Shown here: piece by piece, positions 37,797 to 47,297 of the stretch | How positions within the stretch are numbered: position 1 is the first letter of the stretch | How the letters are laid out: every line of letters starts with the position of its first letter | DNA from: a virus | Length of the DNA stretch: 64,000 nt | Reading direction: 5' to 3' (one strand) | IMG/VR virus record: IMGVR_UViG_3300045988_142085 | Span: 96,001-160,000 of that record | Notes under the pieces: model-generated | Told to the model about the DNA's origin: nothing | Databases searched by the model: none | Seen by the model: the letters and a program-made list of their open reading frames with translations, nothing else | Position numbers and translations under genes: made by a program

Positions 37797-38680
37797 TTAA
37801 TAATATATCCTCCTAAATCATCCCAATAATCACTATAGCTACTATGATGTTTTTTACGTTGACGCCATATTTCGTGAAGCTCAAATTTCCAATTCCATGG
37901 ATTTTGATCGATACGAGAAATTGTTTGATAGTTCTTATCGCCACCATAATAGTTTTGAAACGATACGGACATATTCGTCATCGGGCTTGAACTATCATTA
38001 ACTTCATATGGATTATATTTTCGTTTATATGCATCTTTGATCATAAAGAATACAGTATGGTAATCATTTTGATATGGATTATATGCAAATACTTCAGACC
38101 AATCATTCTTATTTTGTTCACCGATAAAGTTACCATCTTTCCATTGTGGAAGCTTAATAAATTTACGATAGTTATTCTTCGTAATAATAGTCTTATCAGT
38201 AGCCAATCCATTATTATTTATTTCTAAATACTTATTATTGTCTTTTGCAATAATAAAAGGCCATACAGAAATATCGACACCATCGATCGTAAATAATACG
38301 CCATTAGATTTATTAAATTTAACGGCTGGTTGATCCCCAGAATCAATCGTTAAATTACCGTTAAGATTTAAATCGTCATAACGAAGATAATCGCCGACAT
38401 TATTTTTATTTAAAAACTTATTGTCAGACTCTTGTTTCGTATAATATCCAGAAAGCTTATTATTAATTAAACTTAGTAGATCATCGATAAACGACGGAAC
38501 AGTATTCGTTAAATAATCTTTCATTTGATTAATACGATTAGTATACTGATTAATCAAACCATTGACACCAGTACCTTCAGCAATATCTCTAAAAGATTTT
38601 ATAGCGTCAATTATTTCATTTATTTTTCTTACTTGTAAGAACGTAGTCGTTCTACTTTTTAAATGTTCTATCATCGCCAT
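37787..38680 (-). CDS. tail fibre paralog (297 aa) with shared N-terminal YYTKQESDNKFL module
   Basis: N-terminal about 100 aa alignable with 38671.. and 39544..; divergent C-terminus. Confidence 0.5.
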   Translation of the reverse strand: MAMIEHLKSRTTTFLQVRKINEIIDAIKSFRDIAEGTGVNGLINQYTNRINQMKDYLTNTVPSFIDDLLSLINNKLSGYYTKQESDNKFLNKNNVGDYLRYDDLNLNGNLTIDSGDQPAVKFNKSNGVLFTIDGVDISVWPFIIAKDNNKYLEINNNGLATDKTIITKNNYRKFIKLPQWKDGNFIGEQNKNDWSEVFAYNPYQNDYHTVFFMIKDAYKRKYNPYEVNDSSSPMTNMSVSFQNYYGGDKNYQTISRIDQNPWNWKFELHEIWRQRKKHHSSYSDYWDDLGGYIIKCR

Positions 38681-39534
38681 AACACCTTCATAACATTGCC
38701 GTTATTACGGCTTTGATTATACCCAGTAAACACAGGTCCAGTTTTTTGAGTTAACTTAACATAAGATGCTGTTACTTCGACACCGACCGTAGAATACGGA
38801 GTTAAGAATTTAATCGGAACTTCGGCTCTACACATATATACATAAGCTGGTGCAATACGATGATCGTTTTGTAAATCGTGACCACCTTCATGGTATGTAT
38901 TATCGACAATAAGGACTAAGTCGTTCCATTTTGCCGGTAGCTGAACTGTATCGCCTACATTATTAATAGAGCTATTCGGAATTTCGTTCCAAGCAGCCGG
39001 AATATATTTACGTTCTTTAAGCTGAAAAATATCTTCGCCTAAAGAACGTTGAGTTCCGGTATTAATATTTCTAGAATATAATTCAGATCCATCAGGATTA
39101 ATTAATTTAAGCCAGTCGCCATCGATAATTAATTTAACGCCGTTAAGAGTCATCAATGTATTACCATCTTTATGACCCGTAACTTTATTGTCGCCAGTAA
39201 CTGTAAGCTTATGTTGGTAATCTAAATTTTGATTCTTTAAGATTGCATTATTTAAACTATCTTTCGTTAAATAACGATCATCTTGTTCTTGTTTATTAAA
39301 ATAAGATTTAATAGTTTCATTAAATCCATTTTTAATATTATCTAAAGATTCAGAAAAACTTTTTCTAGCGTTATTATAGATTAAATTAATCTTATTAAAT
39401 TCTTTAATAAAGTCGTTTGTCGAAATCGTCTTATTAGAAGTATCTTTAATAATATCTTTTAAACTATCTATAATTTTATTAATTTCTTGTGTCGCTTTAT
39501 ATGACACAGAAAATTTTTCCATTCGTTTTGCCAT
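38671..39534 (-). CDS. tail fibre paralog (287 aa)
   Basis: shared N-terminal module (SYFNKQEQDDRYLTKDSL). Confidence 0.5.
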   Translation of the reverse strand: MAKRMEKFSVSYKATQEINKIIDSLKDIIKDTSNKTISTNDFIKEFNKINLIYNNARKSFSESLDNIKNGFNETIKSYFNKQEQDDRYLTKDSLNNAILKNQNLDYQHKLTVTGDNKVTGHKDGNTLMTLNGVKLIIDGDWLKLINPDGSELYSRNINTGTQRSLGEDIFQLKERKYIPAAWNEIPNSSINNVGDTVQLPAKWNDLVLIVDNTYHEGGHDLQNDHRIAPAYVYMCRAEVPIKFLTPYSTVGVEVTASYVKLTQKTGPVFTGYNQSRNNGNVMKVLWR

Positions 39535-39543
39535 ATAAAACTC

Positions 39544-40341
39544 CTATCGATAATAAACTGTTTTTATAATACCGTTAAATCCTTCTTTAGTCCAATCAAG
39601 ATTAATGACGCCATTTTGTAAATTAATCGTACAATCTGCATCTCGATAATATGGTTGACCTAAACTTAGTTCAATCAATATATGATTAATGTATAAATGT
39701 CCATTATTATTACCGTCATGATATTGATATACGATTAACATTTGATTAGCGTCATCACCGTAAACTCGAGAATAATTCACGTTTCGAGTATTTTGGCTTC
39801 CTGGTAATTCTACCCATTCGCCAGGTGAAATATAACTAACACCGGTTACAATTTCTTGACCATTGACATAAGTAACGCCGTTTCTAATTTCGATCGGAAC
39901 ATTTCCGTCTGGAGAAATCATTTTAAAATAACCTGGACGAACTTCCCAGCTGCCACTGCCAAATTGAATGATTGGACCGCTAGTGTTATTTAAATTAATC
40001 GTACCGTTAACATTAAAATTATTGTTAACAGTTTCGTCACGATCTTTACGTAAATAATTATTAGCCGTGCTTGCTGAAGCAAATAAATCGTTACTATTAG
40101 CTTTCGTATAATAGTTAGATAATTTATTGGCGATCGTATTTCGAAGATCATTCAATCTACTTTGTAAACTTTGAATTGAATCTTCGATTATTTTTTTATT
40201 AGTATTAATAAAATCTAATAAAGTCTGTTTCGTAACAGTCGTACCAGAAATACGTTTAAGATCTTCGATCTCGGTATCGAATTCGTTGATCTTCGCATTA
40301 ATTTCGCGAAGACCAACAAGCTCTTTTAACTTTTGAATCAT
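39544..40341 (-). CDS. tail fibre paralog (265 aa)
   Basis: shared N-terminal module (NYYTKANSNDLFAS). Confidence 0.5.
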   Translation of the reverse strand: MIQKLKELVGLREINAKINEFDTEIEDLKRISGTTVTKQTLLDFINTNKKIIEDSIQSLQSRLNDLRNTIANKLSNYYTKANSNDLFASASTANNYLRKDRDETVNNNFNVNGTINLNNTSGPIIQFGSGSWEVRPGYFKMISPDGNVPIEIRNGVTYVNGQEIVTGVSYISPGEWVELPGSQNTRNVNYSRVYGDDANQMLIVYQYHDGNNNGHLYINHILIELSLGQPYYRDADCTINLQNGVINLDWTKEGFNGIIKTVYYR

Positions 40342-41078
40342 ACAGAATCACCGTAATTCAATACATCATTTTGTTGAGTATAATATAGAATATATCCACG
40401 TTCTGGGAATACACTATGAAGAATTACTTTATTTGCATTATATTCAGGAGTAATCGTACTAAGTTTCTTAGAAATACCGTCATAAATTACGACCTGAATA
40501 ACTTCAGCATTCGGAATATCCAAGGATAATTCATAATTATCTTCACCTTGTTTAATCCATTTATTAGTGCCGAATTCTAGTTTTTGAATAATAATGCTTT
40601 GATTAATTTTATCAACAACATTATTAGGAAGAACACTCTTACCATTTCTTACTAAGATCTCCCAATCTGTTCCATTGAATCGATATAGAGAACCAGCGGT
40701 GTCTCCACCGTTCACAGCCACAACGTTGCCGATAGTAGCATCAGGATATGTAGTGTATAATTCCGTTACAGAGCCTACACTATTTTTCCAATCGTTATTA
40801 TCGTTAGCTTTAATAATAGCTGCATATAATTCATCACGCAATAAAAAATCTTCGATAGGATGGCCCATGAATTTACGAGTATCTTCGCTAAGGTCACTTC
40901 TATCTGCAGTACCGGCACGATCAGAGAGTAAAGCATGATCGACAATTAAGCGTCGGAATTTTTCTTCTAACGTTTCACCATCGCTAAACATAACTTGATC
41001 GGCCGTAGTTTTTCCGTAAAACGGATCCTTGCCACCTGCGCCATTGTCGACAAGGATATTACCTTTAATATCTGCCAT
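40338..41078 (-). CDS. fibre or baseplate-associated protein (246 aa)
   Basis: ORF track; first gene after the polymerase terminator. Confidence 0.45.
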   Translation of the reverse strand: MADIKGNILVDNGAGGKDPFYGKTTADQVMFSDGETLEEKFRRLIVDHALLSDRAGTADRSDLSEDTRKFMGHPIEDFLLRDELYAAIIKANDNNDWKNSVGSVTELYTTYPDATIGNVVAVNGGDTAGSLYRFNGTDWEILVRNGKSVLPNNVVDKINQSIIIQKLEFGTNKWIKQGEDNYELSLDIPNAEVIQVVIYDGISKKLSTITPEYNANKVILHSVFPERGYILYYTQQNDVLNYGDSV

Positions 41079-41124
41079 TTTATATTATCCTTTTCATAGG
41101 GTTTAAATAACATCGATTACAGAA

Positions 41125-41159
41125 TTATATTACAAAGAAAGCCTGTCTTATGACAGGCT
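41125..41159 (-). terminator. terminator hairpin AGCCTGTC-TTAT-GACAGGCT overlapping the dnaE stop
   Basis: 8-bp perfect stem with the stop codon in the loop; U-rich tract follows on the minus strand. Confidence 0.45.
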
Positions 41160-43100
41160 AACTTTCTTAACAATCATCTTAGAATCAGATTCTTTTTTGC
41201 CAGATAAATAGACTGTTTCGCCATACTTAATATAAGGCAAATTATTTAAATAAATAGAACTGAATACGATCAAATCAATTTCGACGCCGCCACCAACATC
41301 GCCTTTACAAAATGCCATAAGATTGCCGGACTTATCTTTTCGTTCATCGACTTTGGTGATTCTAACTTTAACGTTTTCTACTTCTGTTTTATCTTCCATA
41401 GAAAACCATTCTGGTGTATATGTTACCGGGCAATTTAATGTGTCCATTTCAAAGCTCATAATAAGTTCCTTTCCATAATTATCATTATTTAAACGTTCAT
41501 CTTTATCTTTTCTTAAATCATAAAACTGATTCATTAATTTTAAACGATTACTTTCGATATTAGAGAAAGCACCCGACTTAATTAAAGATGAACCAACACG
41601 TTTATTAAACGCTTTTTTACCAATTTTATTCATAGCATCTTCTAAAGAAGTGTAAGGTCGATGTTCAATTATGGCAGGTATGGAAGATAGACCCACGCCC
41701 TTAATGGACCCAAGACCAAATAAGATAGTGTTTCCATTAGGAGTAAAATCGAGATTTGATACATTAATGTCCGGAACTTCAACGTCGATCCCTTCCTTTC
41801 TAACCAATGGAATATAACGAACTAAATCTTCTAAAGATTGCATCGATAAATATGCAGCAAAGAATTCTACTGGATGATACAATTTAAGCCAAGTAGTAAG
41901 CATACTGGTAAATGAGTAGGCTACAGCATGAGATTTGTTAAATAAATAATTTGAATATCCTTGTATTGTTTCAAAATAATCTTCCATTTCTTTCTCAGTA
42001 TAACCATTAGCAAGAGCACCTTTAATTTCAGGACCATATTTACCTTTAGGGTCATACCAAGGAGCTTTATCGTCTTGTTCCCAACCTTCTGGACCTTCAC
42101 AATTTTTCTTGCCATAAATATGACAACGTTTAAGCATAGGCATTTTATCTGCTTTTTTCTTGGCCAGAATTTTTCTAGAAAGTGAATCTGCTTGGTTATC
42201 ATCAAAGCCAGAAACTTGTTTAGAGATCATCATAATCTGCTCTTGATACGGGATTACAGAATATGTATTACTTAAAATATTATCGATACCGCGTAAAGGA
42301 GCAGTTAATTCCTCTTTACCTTGTTTACGCTTAGCATATTGATGGTGCATATTTGCACTTAATGGGCCCGGTCTCAAAAGTGCCGTGGTTGCCGCAATAT
42401 CGTCGAAGCAAGTTGGCTTCATCTCTTTTAAATAATCTTTAAACATATCAGATTCTAATTGGAACACGCAATCTGATTTAGCTTGTGCCAATAATTTATA
42501 TAATTTTTTATCTTCGATATCGAAGCTATCATATAACCATTGAACATCTTTATTTAAATGTCTTAATGTTGTTTCTATTATGGATAATGTTTTAAGACCG
42601 AGGATGTCGAGTTTTGCTGTACCTAGTTCTTCACATTCAGTACCTGTAAATAACGTAATTGTTACGCCGTCAGCATCAGTACGTGTCGGAAAATAATCAT
42701 CGACACGACAAGGCATTGCTAGAATACCAGAAGCATGAACACCGAAGTTACGTTTAAGACCTTCGAATGCACGAGCCAATCTAAATAATTCTTTATTGTC
42801 GACTTCTAATTTCTGCCATTTAGTATATAAAGATTTTTCTGTTTCGTTGCCATCTTTTAATGCATCATAATGTTTAAACTTTGGTTGAGGAGGTACGACA
42901 TCTTTAAAGTCGTCAATAATTTTAGATAATGCATTCATTTTATCGAATGGAATTTTAAGTGCGCGACCAATATCTTTTAGGCCAGATTTAACGCCCATTT
43001 GAGAATATGTACCAATATGCGCTACGTTACTTTCGCCGTATAAATCTTTAATATGTTCAATAACTTTGTCTCGACCAAAGTAGCTAAAATCTGAATCTAT
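41148..43100 (-). CDS. dnaE: DNA polymerase III alpha (DnaE-like) exon 2; true 5' end at 43100, upstream of the ORF-track Met
   Basis: Aligns to the E. coli DnaE palm and fingers (FQLES, RPGP, NKSHA motifs). The in-frame stretch upstream of the ORF-track ATG reads IDSDFSYFGRDKVIEHIKDLYG, matching E. coli [23 protein letters not shown]. A stop codon lies just beyond 43103. Confidence 0.75.
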   Translation of the reverse strand: MDSDFSYFGRDKVIEHIKDLYGESNVAHIGTYSQMGVKSGLKDIGRALKIPFDKMNALSKIIDDFKDVVPPQPKFKHYDALKDGNETEKSLYTKWQKLEVDNKELFRLARAFEGLKRNFGVHASGILAMPCRVDDYFPTRTDADGVTITLFTGTECEELGTAKLDILGLKTLSIIETTLRHLNKDVQWLYDSFDIEDKKLYKLLAQAKSDCVFQLESDMFKDYLKEMKPTCFDDIAATTALLRPGPLSANMHHQYAKRKQGKEELTAPLRGIDNILSNTYSVIPYQEQIMMISKQVSGFDDNQADSLSRKILAKKKADKMPMLKRCHIYGKKNCEGPEGWEQDDKAPWYDPKGKYGPEIKGALANGYTEKEMEDYFETIQGYSNYLFNKSHAVAYSFTSMLTTWLKLYHPVEFFAAYLSMQSLEDLVRYIPLVRKEGIDVEVPDINVSNLDFTPNGNTILFGLGSIKGVGLSSIPAIIEHRPYTSLEDAMNKIGKKAFNKRVGSSLIKSGAFSNIESNRLKLMNQFYDLRKDKDERLNNDNYGKELIMSFEMDTLNCPVTYTPEWFSMEDKTEVENVKVRITKVDERKDKSGNLMAFCKGDVGGGVEIDLIVFSSIYLNNLPYIKYGETVYLSGKKESDSKMIVKKVSLS

Positions 43101-44294
43101 CTTTTACACCCTAGCTTTCGCTATATTTATTAAGGAATAGACCATATCTTCACCATATTTTTATTTTTAAAATAAAAACTTAGGTTGCTCCATTTCGGGC
43201 TTATCACCCTACGTCCCTTTGGACTGGCCGTTGAACGTTCCCCTATTCGAGGCTTCGCTGCTGATTTTCCAATCTTGTCTTTTTTTAGCATATCACACTT
43301 TTGCTTATTTCATCAATATGTTGTAGCAAGACAAGCTCTAAGGATGTTCCAGCAATTTAGAGCTCTTTAAACTTTAGATTTCTCTAAAGCACGACTATTG
43401 TTTAAATTGCATAAATCTAAATATCTTTGATATTTTCTATTCAAATATATCGTTGCATTTTTATATAATAGATCTAAAATTTTTTGTGTTTTTAAGTTTC
43501 CACCAAATTCTAAAGACATAACTTCTTGATAATCTTTTCTTTTATAATATTTATTAGCAGAAAAGCCAAGTTTTTCTTCTATATAATTATTAACAAAATC
43601 AAGAAATTTTTTAGTTGAAACTAATTTAAAAGCATAACTGTTACTTAATTCTGTGTTGGTGTGAGCAATAGAACCATTCCCATCAAAATATCCTCGTATA
43701 AAATCTGATACATAATTTTCTAATAAAGATATGTCTGGAGGAATTAAAATATTTGTTTTGTGTTCTACTAAGTTATATTTTAATAAATCATTAAACATAA
43801 TTTCAGAATAATATATTATTCTACTATAGCTATTTTTAGAATAAGAGTTTTTAGTTGCTTCATATGTTTTAATGGGATGATTACTCTCTAAACTTTTATT
43901 TAATTTTTCTAAATGAGTATAATCACAAGTAGACAATGTAAGACCTACTTTGTATGAATTATTATTTTTAGAAATATATCCATCAGCCATTAAAAAACCT
44001 AACCAATATGCTTTTTCTTCTGTGTCTATTTTATTGAAAAATTTTTCATTAAAATGATAGCGTGAATTAGCTTCTCTATGAGATCTAGGCGTTAAATTTT
44101 TCTTAATAAAGTATGAAACTTTTCCAGTACTAATACCTAATTCTTTTGCTATATATGGTGATCCATGTTTTTTATTATATAAATCTACAATTTTATTTTG
44201 AATTTCTTTTGATAATTTTGACATATATGTTACCTCATATTTATATTGATTTATAAATATTATAACATATATAATTATCTTATGCAATCATATA
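43101..44294 (-). mobile_element. group I intron (about 1194 nt) in dnaE carrying a LAGLIDADG homing endonuclease gene
   Basis: Exon 1 ends in U (GAU, Asp of LPD) and the intron ends in G, the classic group I boundaries. Joining the exons restores PD-IDSDF in frame. The 3' 266 nt is GC-richer and hairpin-rich (ribozyme-core-like). The nuclease has its own ribosome-binding site. Confidence 0.6.
43367..44224 (-). CDS. LAGLIDADG homing endonuclease (double-motif, about 286 aa) with N-terminal HTH
   Basis: motifs WLGFLMADGYIS and IRGYFDGNGSI; GAGGT ribosome-binding site before the Met at 44224; lies between the dnaE exons. Confidence 0.7.
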   Translation of the reverse strand: MSKLSKEIQNKIVDLYNKKHGSPYIAKELGISTGKVSYFIKKNLTPRSHREANSRYHFNEKFFNKIDTEEKAYWLGFLMADGYISKNNNSYKVGLTLSTCDYTHLEKLNKSLESNHPIKTYEATKNSYSKNSYSRIIYYSEIMFNDLLKYNLVEHKTNILIPPDISLLENYVSDFIRGYFDGNGSIAHTNTELSNSYAFKLVSTKKFLDFVNNYIEEKLGFSANKYYKRKDYQEVMSLEFGGNLKTQKILDLLYKNATIYLNRKYQRYLDLCNLNNSRALEKSKV

Positions 44295-45686
44295 ATCTGG
44301 CAAGCCTGTTCTGTCGATAGTCAAAAAACGACCGAACAGTAAATCATATTTAATAGGATCGATATTTTTAGTGATGCCAATACACCATAATACTAAACTA
44401 CCTGCAGCGCTCCCGCGTCCAGGACCAGTCATTACACCATTATTATCGGCCCAGTTAATATATTCACGAACGATAAGCATATAATCAGCGAAATCTTTAT
44501 AGTTAATAATGTTAAGTTCATACGCTAAACGTTGTTCATATCGTCTAATATCGTTAGCGATATAATCATATCTTTTTGCTAACTCATATAAACCTTTGTA
44601 AGCTAGTTCACGCAATTTACGTTTAGTATTTTTAACGCCAGGAAGTTTAGGCATTAATGGTACATCACTGCCTAATTTATATTCGCCGACTTTATTTGCG
44701 ATTTCTTGAGTATTATGCATTGCTTCTAAATATAAAGCATATTTTTCACGAGCAACACTTACTTCAGTTTCAGACGTATTAATTAAATATTTAAATCCGT
44801 CTTGCATTTCTTCTTCGTTTTTAAGCCAGAAGTTATGATCGTATTTCATACGGTTAGGATTATAAATATCGGTGCCAGTGCCGACACATACTAATACATC
44901 ATGATCTTTATTATCCTCTTTGAGGACATAATGTACATCGCTTGTCGCAACGAGTTTAATATTATGCTTCGTCGACATTGTTAAATAAAAATTATTTACT
45001 TTGACTTGGTCGTCGAATGCATTAGGTTGAACTTCGAGATAGAAGTCGTCACCGAAAATATCTTTATATTCTAAGATAAGTTCTTCGGCTTTTTCTAAAT
45101 CGTCTTTACGAACACGACTTGCTACCATATTCGCAACACATGCTGTCGTACAAATAACGCCTTCGCTATATTTACGAAGCATCGGCATATCGAACAAAAA
45201 GCGCCCGTTGTATGTACATACTTTAGCAGATTCACTTTGTAATTTAATTAAATTATTTAACCCTGTTTGATTTTTAGCTAATAAGATTAAATGATATTGT
45301 CTTGTGTCGTACATATGTTTTTCTGCACGAGCCTTAATATCTTTAATGCCTTTAACGCCTTTTTTGCCGGACGCTAAATCTTCAGCTTCTTTTTCTGTTA
45401 AGTCTCCGGCTTCTTTCGCCTTCAAAGCCGCATCGGCCCAGCGTTCTTCAACAGGTTTAGATAATGAAAGAGTGTCCCATGTTTGATATCCTTCATAACC
45501 TAAGATAGGCTTAACACCTTGTTTTTTACATTCTTGTAAAAATTCATAAATACCGCCCATATGATTATGGTCTGTGATGGCTAAACTTTCCATACCGAGT
45601 TCTTTAGCACGGCTAACTAACTTCGGTATATGACAATAGCCATCTAAAAAGCTATATGATGTATGTACATGTAAATGCGTAAACAT
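44295..45686 (-). CDS. dnaE: DNA polymerase III alpha (DnaE-like) exon 1: PHP domain and N-terminal palm up to GPGRGSAAGSLV...GLPD
   Basis: MFTHLHVHTSYSFLDG PHP motif; GPGRGSAAGSLVLWCIGIT..DP..LLFGRFL matches the DnaE signature; the ORF stops 4 codons into the intron (YMIA*). Confidence 0.75.
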
Positions 45687-45748
45687 TTTATTATTCCTCC
45701 TTATAAAAAATATAATTGTTTATCAACAAATATATAATATTATGTATA

Positions 45749-46987
45749 CTATTCTAACCAATAAATTTTATTAAATTTCCAAATTAATTTACATTTTTGT
45801 GCGTTTACTTTTTTACAGTGTTTAGTTTTTGATTGAAAATTCAAAACTAATTGTTCTGGGTATAAAGCTGTAACATAGCCTGTGTGAATCTCTCCATTTT
45901 TATACGTATAAGAAACTAAATCTCTATGCTTAATCCCTAGTACATTATTAGTTTTTGCTTTTGATTTTCTCCTCATTGGTTTAATAGTCCATTCTTTTAT
46001 ATTGCAAGAATCTGGAATGTCATTTGTAATACATATAGCATCATTACTATGAGATTTTTCTATATTCCATTCAATTCTTTTATTCGCAGTTGCGCCGCCA
46101 TTAGTCAAATGCAATAATCCTAATTCAGATATTTTATTTCGTAAATAATTTTTACCTTGCATAACATGCATTGCATAATCGAATCGTTTAGGCTTAGAAT
46201 TAATTATTTTAAAATATTTATCTTCAAAATCTTTTTCTTTACCTTTTGTTTTGTCATGACATTTGAAACAAAGAGTAATTAAATTTCCAATAGTATCTGC
46301 TCCATGATATTTTCTTGCTCTTATGTGATGTACTTCTAATTTGCAATTAGATTTTCCACATTCTTGACATTTATAGTTATCACGAATAATAGTTGCTTTT
46401 CTAAGATTTTCATCTAAACGATTAGATTTTTGATATTGCCATTTATAAGGTTTATAATCGTCTGTCATTGCACGAATATCAATACAAACATCTTCAAGAT
46501 AATATTCTTTAATATTTATCCATTTATTTAGTTGATATAATACTCTTAAAATAGCATCTTTCTTTTGTTTAATAGTTGGTGTTAATCTACCGACTTTTTT
46601 GGAAGATGAGCGATTATTAAACCTCATTGGTCTATGTCTTTTATGGTAACGATGATATTGTCTATATCTACGTCTAGTATCCATCAAATGTTTCACATCT
46701 TGACGTTGTTCAATAATCCCTTTAAATACTACTTTATTTTTAGTAGAACATTTCTGAACAATAGCTATACCAACATGTATAGAACCATCGTCTATACCAC
46801 AAATTATATAACTTTTATCATTTTCATTAAATTCAACTTTTTTATTTAGTTGAATTACCATTGGGTATTTAGATTTTAATTTTGCTCTGCCTTTTCTAAT
46901 TAGATACCAGCCTTTATTCACTTTTGTTGGCGCTAATGGTTTATTATCTTTATCAATTACAAAGCAATATTCAATTTTATTTTCCAT
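45749..46987 (-). CDS. iscB: IscB RNA-guided nuclease (PLMP, RuvC-I, Arg-rich bridge helix, RuvC-II, HNH, RuvC-III, TID), 412 aa from Met [12 protein letters not shown]
   Basis: Motifs seen: KPLAP with [12 protein letters not shown] (PLMP domain), [16 protein letters not shown] (RuvC-I) and [16 protein letters not shown] (bridge helix). Also YLEDV (RuvC-II), CQECG..HHI..N..LCFKCH (HNH) and HSNDAI (RuvC-III). GGAAGG ribosome-binding site 9 nt upstream of this Met. Confidence 0.75.
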   Translation of the reverse strand: MENKIEYCFVIDKDNKPLAPTKVNKGWYLIRKGRAKLKSKYPMVIQLNKKVEFNENDKSYIICGIDDGSIHVGIAIVQKCSTKNKVVFKGIIEQRQDVKHLMDTRRRYRQYHRYHKRHRPMRFNNRSSSKKVGRLTPTIKQKKDAILRVLYQLNKWINIKEYYLEDVCIDIRAMTDDYKPYKWQYQKSNRLDENLRKATIIRDNYKCQECGKSNCKLEVHHIRARKYHGADTIGNLITLCFKCHDKTKGKEKDFEDKYFKIINSKPKRFDYAMHVMQGKNYLRNKISELGLLHLTNGGATANKRIEWNIEKSHSNDAICITNDIPDSCNIKEWTIKPMRRKSKAKTNNVLGIKHRDLVSYTYKNGEIHTGYVTALYPEQLVLNFQSKTKHCKKVNAQKCKLIWKFNKIYWLE

Positions 46988-47280
46988 TTCTGGAAACCTT
47001 CCTTTCGGAGTATTTTTCGTCTTGCCAATGTCGTGGATGGTGCATGTGTTTCTCTGTTGTCTATACAGGACGTTAGTATAGTTTCTTGATTGGCACTCAC
47101 AGAGCTTCAGACTGACGAGCACATCTAAAGGTGTGTCTTTAACCTTTTCCATAACGTAGTTCATATCTGCAGCATATCTTTCGATAGCAGCAATCACTAA
47201 GGCTAGAAACCTATTATCAAGCAAATACAAATAAGAAATATAATATATATTCGCCCACTTTTTCGTATTTTTATTTATAA
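46988..47280 (-). ncRNA. putative omega-RNA scaffold (plus guide) of the IscB element; coincides with the ORF-track N-terminal extension
   Basis: about 230 nt of markedly GC-richer, stem-forming sequence immediately upstream of and abutting the iscB start, the canonical omega-RNA position; exact ends unknown. Confidence 0.4.
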
Positions 47281-47297
47281 AATAAATTACTTAATAA

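Noticed and set aside
20232-41078. Diversity-generating retroelement acting on the fibre cassettes
   Set aside because: No reverse transcriptase gene or TR/VR repeat pair is evident in the window.
43185-43370. Plus-strand 61-aa ORF
   Set aside because: It lies in the presumed ribozyme core of the intron and has no ribosome-binding site. All real genes here are on the minus strand.
43101-44294. Intein interpretation of the dnaE interruption
   Set aside because: The exon frames are not continuous (stop after YMIA; stop upstream of exon 2). The homing endonuclease is a free-standing ORF with its own ribosome-binding site. The boundaries carry U and G as in group I introns.
45749-47230. 493-aa ORF-track version of the IscB gene with an 81-aa N-terminal extension
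   Set aside because: IscB proteins begin directly with the PLMP domain. The Met at 46987 has a good ribosome-binding site. The upstream segment is GC-rich structured sequence, expected for omega-RNA rather than coding.
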